Virus record (IMG/VR): IMGVR_UViG_3300043410_001917
Location: 3,331-67,330 of that record
DNA length: 64,000 bases
Source of the DNA: a virus
Reading direction: 5' to 3' (one strand)
Shown here: positions 8,881-16,459 of the stretch, piece after piece
How the letters are laid out: every line of letters begins with the position of its first letter
Numbering within the stretch: the first letter of the stretch is position 1
Program-made: the position numbers and the translations under genes
The notes under the pieces: generated by a model
Seen by the model: the letters and a program-made list of their open reading frames with translations, nothing else
Databases searched by the model: none
Told to the model about the DNA's origin: nothing

Positions 8881-9162
8881 TTTTTTGAAAAGTTGGCAAG
8901 ACGCCGGGGCAGCACCGGCCATCTCCACCAAAAGAATTCTTCACCCTGTATAGAGACAGACAAGTGCTATAGACTATACTAAAGAGTTCTTTTGATGGGG
9001 ATGAACCAGTTTCGATTGACAAATTAGTAAATTAATTGGCTACCCGACACAGATAGTCGTAAAAACTAAATCAAAGTAAACGCAAACGATGAAAAGTTCG
9101 CATTGGCAGCCTAAACGCTGACTAGGGTTTCGGTAGGTTTCCTCGTAACAGAATAACCTACT
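8868..9162 (+). ncRNA. ssrA: Circularly permuted two-piece tmRNA: acceptor piece ~8868-8930, intervening segment 8931-8996, coding piece 8997-~9162
   Basis: T-arm GCCGG-GGCAGCA-CCGGC then CATCTCC-A-CCA precedes the 5' strand GGGGATG, giving a 7-bp acceptor stem with G3-U70; tag frame 9082-9114 encodes ANDEKFALAA-stop. Confidence 0.92.
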
Positions 9163-9185
9163 ATCTTTTATTAACAGGAGAAAAT

Positions 9186-9728
9186 ATGAAAAAAAGTTTA
9201 GTTGCTCTAGCAACAATGGTTTCATTGTCAGCATTTGCTGGTAGTTATGTTCAAGTTGAACAAGAACATGTTATCGGGCGTGCAGGTGCTGCAAATAGTG
9301 AAGCAACTTACCTACGTGCAGGTAAGGATTTTGGAGACACATCGGTTAACTTGCAAAGTCGTACCGCTCGTTTTTCAACAAACAGCATCAGTTCAAGCCT
9401 AGAAGGAACTGTTTCTAACAAAAACGCAAGCATTCTTGGTATCACACCATTCGTTGGAATGGGCCACGATTTTGGTGGAACCGCTAGTGGTTACAATTAT
9501 GGCCTAGTTGGCGCATCAACTGGTGTTAAAGTTGGACCTGGTTCAGCATATGCAGGTGTTAAAACCCGTGTATTGCGCCAAAATGATTCCGATCCAAAGC
9601 AAACAGTTGTATACGCTGGTTACAACATGCCTGTTGCCAAAGATGTATCATTTAACGTTGGTCTAAGTCATTCAGGCCAAGACATTAAAGAAAGAGGCGT
9701 TTCAGCTGGTCTTTCTTTCGGTTTCTAA
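9186..9728 (+). CDS. Putative outer-membrane beta-barrel protein
   Basis: Sec signal MKKSLVALATMVSLSAFA, amphipathic beta strands, C-terminal AGLSFGF; SD AGGAG. Confidence 0.7.
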   Translation: MKKSLVALATMVSLSAFAGSYVQVEQEHVIGRAGAANSEATYLRAGKDFGDTSVNLQSRTARFSTNSISSSLEGTVSNKNASILGITPFVGMGHDFGGTASGYNYGLVGASTGVKVGPGSAYAGVKTRVLRQNDSDPKQTVVYAGYNMPVAKDVSFNVGLSHSGQDIKERGVSAGLSFGF

Positions 9729-9733
9729 ACCGC

Positions 9734-9779
9734 CTAAATAAGTATATGGGTTCGGTGGAACCCATTTAAAAAATCCACT
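9734..9779 (+). promoter_or_regulatory. Late promoter followed by a leader hairpin or possible pseudoknot
   Basis: CTAAATA 9734-9740; ATGGGTTC-GGTG-GAACCCAT 9746-9765; GTGGA could alternatively pair with TCCAC 9774-9778. Confidence 0.5.
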
Positions 9780-9813
9780 ATCACACATTACACAACACAA
9801 TTAGGAGAAAACT

Positions 9814-10101
9814 ATGTCAAACATGACACCTTTTGAGATCCGTCTTGAACTATTAAAAATGGCGAGAGACATGTTATATGATTCATACAACGCAGAAAGA
9901 GACCGTCTACAACAAGACTGGAACATCAAATGCGATACTGCAAAGGCCAAAGGTGAAACACCACCTGAACATCCGGCTTTGCCAGCAATCCCCTCAGAAC
10001 AAGATATTATCAACAAAGCCCAAACACTAAACGGCTTCGTTTCTAATATTCAATCACCAGAACCAACCACAAAAGTTCTGTCTACAAAGAAATCTACCTG
10101 A
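9814..10101 (+). CDS. Hypothetical protein of a type seen in T4-like phages
   Basis: MTPFEIRLELLKMARDML...DIINKAQTLNGFVS; strong SD AGGAG. Confidence 0.75.
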   Translation: MSNMTPFEIRLELLKMARDMLYDSYNAERDRLQQDWNIKCDTAKAKGETPPEHPALPAIPSEQDIINKAQTLNGFVSNIQSPEPTTKVLSTKKST

Positions 10102-10106
10102 GGGTT

Positions 10107-10124
10107 AGGGGCTTAGGCCCCTTT
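10107..10124 (+). terminator. GC-rich hairpin (weak terminator or RNA-processing/stability stem)
   Basis: AGGGGC-TTAG-GCCCCT followed by only a short T tract. Confidence 0.45.
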
Positions 10125-10143
10125 ACACACACAAGGAGAACAA

Positions 10144-10635
10144 ATGAAGTTTTTATCAACTTTAATTTTATCTTTATCTATTTTATTTTTGCCTGTAAAG
10201 GCATATCAAGCACAACCAGATTTACAACAACAGGTTAGTGCAAATATAAATCAACAAATCCTTTGCATGGCTAAAAACATTTATTATGAAGCTGCAATGG
10301 AACCACATGAAGGAAAGTTGGCCGTAGCACAAGTCACAATCAATCGTGCCAACAATCCAAATTATCCAAAAGATTTTTGCGGTGTTGTTTACCAAAAGAC
10401 AGGTCAAACATGCCAATTTACATGGACTTGCGAGAAGGTTGGTCCAGTAAGAAACCCATATGCTTGGGAAGAATGTTTATATATTGCCAAGAGAGCAATG
10501 ACAGAGGCAATCTTACACAAAGAGATTGCCAAGGCTCGTGCAATGTTTTACCATGCAACATATGTTCGTCCAGGTTGGTCAAACATCCGACCTGTAAGAA
10601 CAATTGGAAACCATATTTTTTATACGAAAGCTTGA
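10144..10635 (+). CDS. SleB-like cell wall hydrolase (Hydrolase_2) with signal peptide
   Basis: CMAKNIYYEA, GKLAVAQVTINR, CQFTW, FYHATYVRPGW, IGNHIFY. Confidence 0.9.
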   Translation: MKFLSTLILSLSILFLPVKAYQAQPDLQQQVSANINQQILCMAKNIYYEAAMEPHEGKLAVAQVTINRANNPNYPKDFCGVVYQKTGQTCQFTWTCEKVGPVRNPYAWEECLYIAKRAMTEAILHKEIAKARAMFYHATYVRPGWSNIRPVRTIGNHIFYTKA

Positions 10636-10637
10636 TT

Positions 10638-10859
10638 GTGCCGACAAAAACAGAGATTAATGAATTTAGTGAAATGATTAGTGGAAAATCGGTTGCCTTG
10701 CAATGTTCCCATATGGAGGCAATCGTTTATCATTGTGAAGAAACTGGTATGGAAGTTGATGTGGCTTCTACTCTAATATCAAGTGCTTTGAAAGCAAAGA
10801 TTAGAGAAGAAGCCCAAGACTTGAATTTGTTGAAGAAAAGTTCTAAATTGCCTCTATGA
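10638..10859 (+). CDS. gp33: Late-promoter transcription coactivator gp33
   Basis: MEAIVYHCEETGME...LKAKIREEAQDLNLLK; GTG start; lies just before gp59. Confidence 0.85.
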   Translation: MPTKTEINEFSEMISGKSVALQCSHMEAIVYHCEETGMEVDVASTLISSALKAKIREEAQDLNLLKKSSKLPL

Positions 10860-11464
10860 CCGAAACGACAGGATTTGAAGCATATGCCCTCTACCAAAGC
10901 ATTAAACTTCATTTTACTTCTGATTCTTACGATTTTTTTCGCTATAACGGAAAAACCAACGTATCAAAGGACAACTTTGCAAACAACAAAGCTAAGTATT
11001 CCTTTTATAAACTTTCCAGGAAGTATAGTTTAGAAGAATTACGGTCGTTTTATATTGCCAATTTTCTGGAAACTACCGTGAATTGGGTTGGTGATATATC
11101 AGGAGTGGAAGGTGAAGAAAATTATAAAAAATGGCAAAAAAGAAACCAGAGCTTGACTTACAAGTTCGAACAAGATATAATAGGACTACTTAACGCAACA
11201 CAATCACCAAATGAAATGTTGATGGTTGAAGATGGACAATATCCATTGTTGTTAAAAGAAATGACTTATGGTAACATAAGCATAGAAACGGTTTGTATAT
11301 TGAATGATATTATGAATTTCTTGCCGATGTGGTCTAAGAAAATAACAGACGATGTTGTTTGGCCATCATACAAAAGAAAGATTGAAAAATATACACCATT
11401 TATTCATTATGATAAACAAAAATTTAAAAATATTTTGAAAGAAAGTCTGAAAGAACATGCCTAA
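10856..11464 (+). CDS. gp59: Helicase loader gp59
   Basis: YQSIKLHFT...YDFFRYNGK, ISIETVCIL, KIEKYTPF; T4 synteny 33-59-32. Confidence 0.9.
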   Translation: MTETTGFEAYALYQSIKLHFTSDSYDFFRYNGKTNVSKDNFANNKAKYSFYKLSRKYSLEELRSFYIANFLETTVNWVGDISGVEGEENYKKWQKRNQSLTYKFEQDIIGLLNATQSPNEMLMVEDGQYPLLLKEMTYGNISIETVCILNDIMNFLPMWSKKITDDVVWPSYKRKIEKYTPFIHYDKQKFKNILKESLKEHA

Positions 11465-11951
11465 AATTAATTGTATCTACCTTGATATGGATGGTGTAAT
11501 ATGTGACTTTGAAAAGAGATACAAAGAATTGTTCAATATTTTTCCCGCAGAAGCGAGGAACAATAGAGAGTTTGATAAATTTTTTGATGAGTTTATTGCT
11601 GGTAATAACTTTGCAACATTAGAAATGATGCCAGACGCTATGCAGTTGATTATGGCATTACGTAATGCATTGCCACCAACACAGATTCTTTCCTCTACTG
11701 CCAGTCAAAAAAGATACGATTCAATTTCAAAACAAAAAATAGAATGGTTGGAAAAACATGATATTGATTTCCAACGCAATTTTGTTCCAGGTAAACAGCA
11801 TAAGAAAAAATATGCTAGAAAAGACACACTAATTATTGATGATACCGAAAGTGTTATCAATGAATGGCGTGCAGCAGGTGGTTTGGCAATCTTTCATAGA
11901 AATATTCCAGATACCTTGGCACAATTGAAGTTTCTACTAGAAAGTGCCTAA
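11457..11951 (+). CDS. HAD-family 5'(3')-deoxyribonucleotidase-like protein
   Basis: IYLDMDGVICDF, KIEWL, LIIDD, WRAAGG. Confidence 0.85.
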   Translation: MPKINCIYLDMDGVICDFEKRYKELFNIFPAEARNNREFDKFFDEFIAGNNFATLEMMPDAMQLIMALRNALPPTQILSSTASQKRYDSISKQKIEWLEKHDIDFQRNFVPGKQHKKKYARKDTLIIDDTESVINEWRAAGGLAIFHRNIPDTLAQLKFLLESA

Positions 11952-12010
11952 ATAATATTATATAATGAATAATGTGGACAATCCGTTTTATATTCCGTTA
12001 ATATTCCGTT
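11948..12010 (+). promoter_or_regulatory. gp32 promoter/leader with three TCCGTT direct repeats
   Basis: CTAAATA 11948-11954, TATAAT 11961-11966; TCCGTT at 11982, 11994 and 12005. Confidence 0.55.
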
Positions 12011-12028
12011 TTAAGAAAGAAGGTAATT

Positions 12029-12922
12029 ATGAGTATTGATTTTTCAAGCCTAAAGAAAAGTTCAGGCAATCTGGACAAGTTGAAATCTAAAGTAGCAGAG
12101 CTCAACGCATCAACAGAAGGCAAATCCGATAAAGAAAATTTTTGGCGACCAGAAGTGGACAAAGCCGGTAACGGCATGGCTACGATTCGTTTTCTACCAG
12201 CAGCTTTTGTTGATGGTGATGACGGTCTTCCTTGGGCTAAGATTTTCGAACACGGCTTTCAAGGTCCTGGTGGTTGGTTAATCGACAAATGTTTGACAAC
12301 CAAGAACCAGCAATGTCCAGTTTGTGAACACAACAACAAATTGTGGAACTCTGGTATTGAAGCCAACAAAGAAATTGTTCGTAAGCAAAAACGCAAACTA
12401 TCTTACATTGCAAACGTGTATATCGTAAGTGATCCAAAGCATCCAGAGAACGAAGGACAAGTTAAATTGTTCAAGTTTGGTGCCAAGATTTTCGAAAAGA
12501 TTACAGAGGCAATGAATCCACAGTTTGAAGATGAAACACCAATCAATCCATTTGATTTCTGGAAAGGTGCTAACTTCAAGTTGAAGATTACTAAGGTTGC
12601 AGGTTATCAGAACTATGATAAGTCTGAATTTATGTCACCATCAGCATTGTTGGATGACGATGCAGAACTAGAGAAGATTTGGAAGTCTCAGCATTCTCTT
12701 TCAGAGTTGACTGCTGACAAAGAATTCAAGTCTTATGATGCTTTGAAAACACGTTTGGATAAAGTTCTTGGTTTGAATGATGATGGTGATGCTCCAAGAG
12801 CAAGAACCACAGTTGAACAAGCTAAGGCTGCACCTAAGAAAGTTGCTGATGATACTCCACCATGGGAACCAGCAACAGACGATGATGACATGGCATATTT
12901 TGCCAAGTTGGCTGACGATTAA
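12029..12922 (+). CDS. gp32: Single-stranded DNA-binding protein gp32
   Basis: DKAGNGMATIRFLP, HGFQGPGGW, CPVCE, YQNYDKSEF, acidic tail DDMAYFAKLA. Confidence 0.97.
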   Translation: MSIDFSSLKKSSGNLDKLKSKVAELNASTEGKSDKENFWRPEVDKAGNGMATIRFLPAAFVDGDDGLPWAKIFEHGFQGPGGWLIDKCLTTKNQQCPVCEHNNKLWNSGIEANKEIVRKQKRKLSYIANVYIVSDPKHPENEGQVKLFKFGAKIFEKITEAMNPQFEDETPINPFDFWKGANFKLKITKVAGYQNYDKSEFMSPSALLDDDAELEKIWKSQHSLSELTADKEFKSYDALKTRLDKVLGLNDDGDAPRARTTVEQAKAAPKKVADDTPPWEPATDDDDMAYFAKLADD

Positions 12923-12955
12923 AAACTAAATCGCTCCTTTCTTCGCCTTTAGTTT

Positions 12956-12978
12956 ACCCCGCCTAGTGCGGGGTTTTT
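12956..12978 (+). terminator. Rho-independent terminator between convergent genes
   Basis: ACCCCGC-CTAGT-GCGGGGT followed by TTTT. Confidence 0.85.
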
Positions 12979-14420
12979 CATATCATCCGTGTAGAATCAA
13001 TAATCAAACCCATGAATGTTGGTTCATCATTTCTAACCGATATCTCAATAGGTCTTAAACCACTCTTAGGTTGAGTTTTGGTCACGTTGTTGACGGTTCT
13101 ATTGATTGAGCTTGCATCAGGTGTTTGATTTGCAGCAATATTAGCAAAATTAACTTGATTTGTTAAATTCGAAACGGGTGCTGATGTTGGTGGTGATTGA
13201 ACTGGTTGTGCTGCTGGTGGGCTTGGTGTTGGTTTTGGTTTACTTCTTTCTTGTTTTGGACCAGCAATTTGATTGCCTTCAGCATCAAATATTTGTCCTT
13301 CTGGTGCTTCTGGAATGGCATTTTCTTTCTTTTTCACAGGAACAGCAGTAGGTTCTGGTTCACTTGAAGGTCCAATCAAATCATCTATTTCTTTTTTTGG
13401 TAATTTTTTGGTGTCTCTCAAATACTCACGCACACCAACATTATAATATTTTGTCAAAAATGGCGCATCTTCTAGTAAACCTTTTAATTTCTCTTGTTTT
13501 TTCTTTTCTTTTTCCAAATCTTCTTTAGATTTTGCACTATTCAACGCCGCAGCTGCTAAAGCTGTGTCACTACCAACATCTCCTTCAATTAATTGTTGAC
13601 GTTGTTCATCCGACATATTAGCAAGCACATTAGTAGCACCATAAGTTAATGCGGCACCACCAGCAAGAACACCGGTTACAGTAGCTGCACCAGAAGCAGC
13701 AAATGCTGTTGCTGCTTGTAGTCCCCAACGACCAGCAGAAGCAAGAGATTCAGCAACTTTTACACCCACTTTTTTAGCAATCTCAAGTAGTGTGTTTTTC
13801 ATCAAAGAAACCAAGTCAGCTAAACCTTTTAATTTTTCCCACAGAGAATCCCACATTGATGTTTCTTCTTTAACTGCTGTTGCTGTGCCACCAGAATTCA
13901 TGTGTTTCATCAATTTTTGTAAAGTATCAATCAGTTCTTTATGGCGTCTTTCCTTTTCTGAAGAAATTTCTTCTTCTTGATTTTTTAGTTGTTCTCTCAA
14001 TCTAACATCATCTTCACGTGAAGATTTCAGAAATGAATATATCTTGGCTAATTGTTCATTAATTCCTTCATCACCACCTTCGCCAGAAAGTTTATTAATT
14101 TTTTCAGCGGTGCCTCTGCCACCTATAACACTTTTTGTTCGTCCTGTAAAATAGTCAATATCTTTTTGACTTCTACCCATAAGTTTACCAGCAAGAGCTG
14201 GAGCAAATCTGGAACCAAATGTCATAAATTTAATGATGTTTAATGGATCAAATTTTTCTTTGAATCCTTTAATTCTTGCTTCGCTTCTGAGAGAAATGGT
14301 TTTACCGATAGCACCAAATAAACCTTTATTTGGATCCGCCAATTGGTCAAGGACCATATCAGAAAACTTAGATTTTCTGATTCTTCTGGCTTGTTGGTAA
14401 TTTAGTTTATTGTCTGCCAT
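12978..14420 (-). CDS. Helical virion protein, possibly hub/tape-measure (gp29-like position)
   Basis: Helical and Ala-rich segments, Pro-rich linker; downstream of the gp26/gp51-like genes. Confidence 0.5.
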   Translation of the reverse strand: MADNKLNYQQARRIRKSKFSDMVLDQLADPNKGLFGAIGKTISLRSEARIKGFKEKFDPLNIIKFMTFGSRFAPALAGKLMGRSQKDIDYFTGRTKSVIGGRGTAEKINKLSGEGGDEGINEQLAKIYSFLKSSREDDVRLREQLKNQEEEISSEKERRHKELIDTLQKLMKHMNSGGTATAVKEETSMWDSLWEKLKGLADLVSLMKNTLLEIAKKVGVKVAESLASAGRWGLQAATAFAASGAATVTGVLAGGAALTYGATNVLANMSDEQRQQLIEGDVGSDTALAAAALNSAKSKEDLEKEKKKQEKLKGLLEDAPFLTKYYNVGVREYLRDTKKLPKKEIDDLIGPSSEPEPTAVPVKKKENAIPEAPEGQIFDAEGNQIAGPKQERSKPKPTPSPPAAQPVQSPPTSAPVSNLTNQVNFANIAANQTPDASSINRTVNNVTKTQPKSGLRPIEISVRNDEPTFMGLIIDSTRMI

Positions 14421-14423
14421 TTT

Positions 14424-16268
14424 TTACTTTCTTTGATGTGCTGGTCTATCATCAACTGGTTTAGGATTTGATGGTGATGTTGTTTCATTTACATTATTAA
14501 CATTAACATTTATTCCTAAATTCTTTTCTGCTTTTAAACCTTCATGTAATTGTGTATTTAAATAAGTTGCTCTGGCGGTATCATTACTAAAAGCACCACG
14601 AACTTGGTCGACTTTAGCAATATCTACTTTTCCTTTACCCGCTGTTAATAAAATTAAAGCCTTGTTTAAGTCATCTGGATTATCATAAGAATTTAAAATA
14701 TTAAGACCTTTTGCATAACCAGCTTTTAATTTTTCGACCGACAGTTTTGGATCCAAACTGTTAGCTGCTAATAAAGCCAAATATGCTAAAGTAGCTTGTG
14801 AAGTTGTTTTTACATCTTTATTGATTAATTCCGGATTGTTAACTAAATCTAAACCCATAAATTTACCAAGAGCTTCGTAGGTCTCTTTGTGTGTTATACC
14901 AATCAAAGACCTACCTTTGTATTTTTCTCCACCTTTATAACCAACAGCTTCAAAAAATTTACCTGGATCCGCATCTTCTATTACAGATTTCCATTGTTCA
15001 GAGGACCATTTTTTACCAAAAGTAAAATTCATATACGCAGTACCGGCACCTGGTCCAGTTTGTGGTGCTGATGAATCTTTACCTTTTATTTTTTCATATT
15101 TGTCAGGCGGAATTTTAGATTTTCCGGACTCCATATTACGCCAAGTATTTTTGTAAGCTACTGGACCTTCTTCACTTAATGTTTGTCCCGCTTGAGTTTC
15201 TTTTGCAGCAACAACCATAATACTAGCTGCAACAGCTGAAGAAGCTCCCATTCCAGTAAGTTCTTTTTTGATGTTTGCCGCTCTTTGAACCGCATCTAAT
15301 CCTTTTAATCCTTCACCTTCTTTACCAACTTTTGTTGCTGATTTGGGTGGTTGTGGTGCAGGTTTGTTTGGCTGTTTTGTTGGTTGTGCAGGTTGTTCTG
15401 GTTTTTCTGGAACCTTTTCAGCTTTTTTTTCTTTTTCCGCAGCTTCACGTTTTAAACGTTCTTGTTCTTCTTTTTTTAATCTTTCTGCGGTTTCTTGTTT
15501 TTTCTTTTCCTCAGCAGCCTTCTTTTCAGCTTCAGCTTTAGCCTTTTTATCAGCTTCTTCTTTAGCTTTCTTTTCAGCTTCTTTTTTCGAAACATCCTCT
15601 TTCTTGGGTGCTTCCTGTTTTTTAGGAACTTCTTCTTTCTTAGGAGCTTCTTCCTTTTTTGGAGTCTCTTGTTTTTTAGGAGCTTCTTCTTTCTTAGGTG
15701 CTTCTTCCTTTTTTGGAGTCTCTTGTTTTTTAGGAGCTTCTTCTTTCTTAGGTGCTTCCTGTTTTTTAGGAGCTTCTTCTTTCTTAGGTGCTTCCTGTTT
15801 TTTAGGAGCTTCTTCTTTCTTAGGTGCTTCCTGTTTTTTAGGAACTTCTTCTTTTTTTGGAGCCCCTTGTTTTTTTGCTTCTTTTTCTTCGGCCTTCTTC
15901 TCACGGCGAACAACTCTCTTTGGTTTTGGTTGTCTACGTAAAGTTAAAGCCCTAATAATTTCTTTGTGTCTTTTTTGTTCTTGGGAATCGTTTTCTTCTT
16001 TTTTATTGGATTGTTGTTCTCTTTCCAATTTTAAATCGTCACGATTTTGAACCAACATCTTGTAAATTTCACCAAGATATTCGGTGTTGGACATTGGTCC
16101 GGCAGTATCCGTTGTGTGTTTGGTTGAACCAAATTTTTTGTGTAGTATATCACCAACTTTATTGACTGTTCTTTTCAATAACCCAGCGGATTCTTTAGAT
16201 TTTTCAGACACGACAGGACTAGACGAAGAATCGCCTTTGTCCTTTTTGTTATTGCCAAATAAATTCAT
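14424..16268 (-). CDS. Tail-associated protein with KK(E/Q)EAP repeats and a divergent GH19/lysozyme-like domain
   Basis: KYKGRSLIGITHKETY...GLDLVNNPELI resembles the GH19 YRGRGxIQLTG..NY...DL...P motif. Confidence 0.6.
   Translation of the reverse strand: MNLFGNNKKDKGDSSSSPVVSEKSKESAGLLKRTVNKVGDILHKKFGSTKHTTDTAGPMSNTEYLGEIYKMLVQNRDDLKLEREQQSNKKEENDSQEQKRHKEIIRALTLRRQPKPKRVVRREKKAEEKEAKKQGAPKKEEVPKKQEAPKKEEAPKKQEAPKKEEAPKKQEAPKKEEAPKKQETPKKEEAPKKEEAPKKQETPKKEEAPKKEEVPKKQEAPKKEDVSKKEAEKKAKEEADKKAKAEAEKKAAEEKKKQETAERLKKEEQERLKREAAEKEKKAEKVPEKPEQPAQPTKQPNKPAPQPPKSATKVGKEGEGLKGLDAVQRAANIKKELTGMGASSAVAASIMVVAAKETQAGQTLSEEGPVAYKNTWRNMESGKSKIPPDKYEKIKGKDSSAPQTGPGAGTAYMNFTFGKKWSSEQWKSVIEDADPGKFFEAVGYKGGEKYKGRSLIGITHKETYEALGKFMGLDLVNNPELINKDVKTTSQATLAYLALLAANSLDPKLSVEKLKAGYAKGLNILNSYDNPDDLNKALILLTAGKGKVDIAKVDQVRGAFSNDTARATYLNTQLHEGLKAEKNLGINVNVNNVNETTSPSNPKPVDDRPAHQRK
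15598..15870 (-). repeat. Coding tandem repeat, 18-bp unit (36-bp higher order), encoding KK(E/Q)E(A/T/V)P
   Basis: About 15 hexapeptide copies; TTTTTTAGGAGCTTCTTCTTTCTTAGGTGCTTC recurs on the plus strand. Confidence 0.9.
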
Positions 16269-16459
16269 TTATTTTTTCTTTGTCGTTCTTTTAGTTTTTG
16301 GTTTTCTTCTTCCAAATATTGAATCAACATAGCAACGTAGATATCTCGTTCCCAAGGTATCATATTCTCAAGTTCAGTAAGACTATACTTATGGTGTTGC
16401 ATCAATGAAAAGTTAGTCTTGTAATAATTTTTTAAGTCATCATAACCAAGTATTAGCCG
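16265..16459 (-). CDS. gp51: gp51-like hub/tail assembly ORF absent from the ORF track; first ATG at 16402, or reached by -1 frameshift from the upstream gene
   Basis: RLILGYDDLKNYYKTNFSLMQHHKYSLTELENMIPWERDIYVAMLIQYLEEENQKLKERQRKNK-stop; stop overlaps the next start (ATGA). Confidence 0.8.
   Translation of the reverse strand, partial: RLILGYDDLKNYYKTNFSLMQHHKYSLTELENMIPWERDIYVAMLIQYLEEENQKLKERQRKNK

Noticed and set aside
8263-8900. Group I intron carrying the HNH inside the tmRNA
   Set aside because: Non-coding flanks are too short (about 70 nt upstream, none downstream) and no intron core motifs were recognised.
8900-8930. Stand-alone tRNA gene ending in CCA
   Set aside because: No 5' acceptor strand, D-arm or anticodon arm lies upstream; the complementary strand is downstream at 8997, which fits a permuted tmRNA.
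9746-9779. preQ1-I riboswitch
   Set aside because: The layout is similar (short stem, UUC, A-rich tail), but the ligand-pairing C at the loop end is missing and the downstream gene is not queuosine-related.
10377-10637. N-terminal extension of the 160-aa ORF
   Set aside because: It overlaps the SleB gene; gp33 similarity begins only at GTG 10638.
15598-15870. CRISPR array in the 36-bp periodic region (also considered for the 42-bp tracts)
   Set aside because: The repeats are contiguous, in-frame coding units without unique spacers.
15275-16050. Long Phe/Ser/Leu-rich plus-strand ORFs and other antisense ORFs in the track
   Set aside because: They are shadows of repetitive or codon-biased genes on the opposite strand or in another frame.
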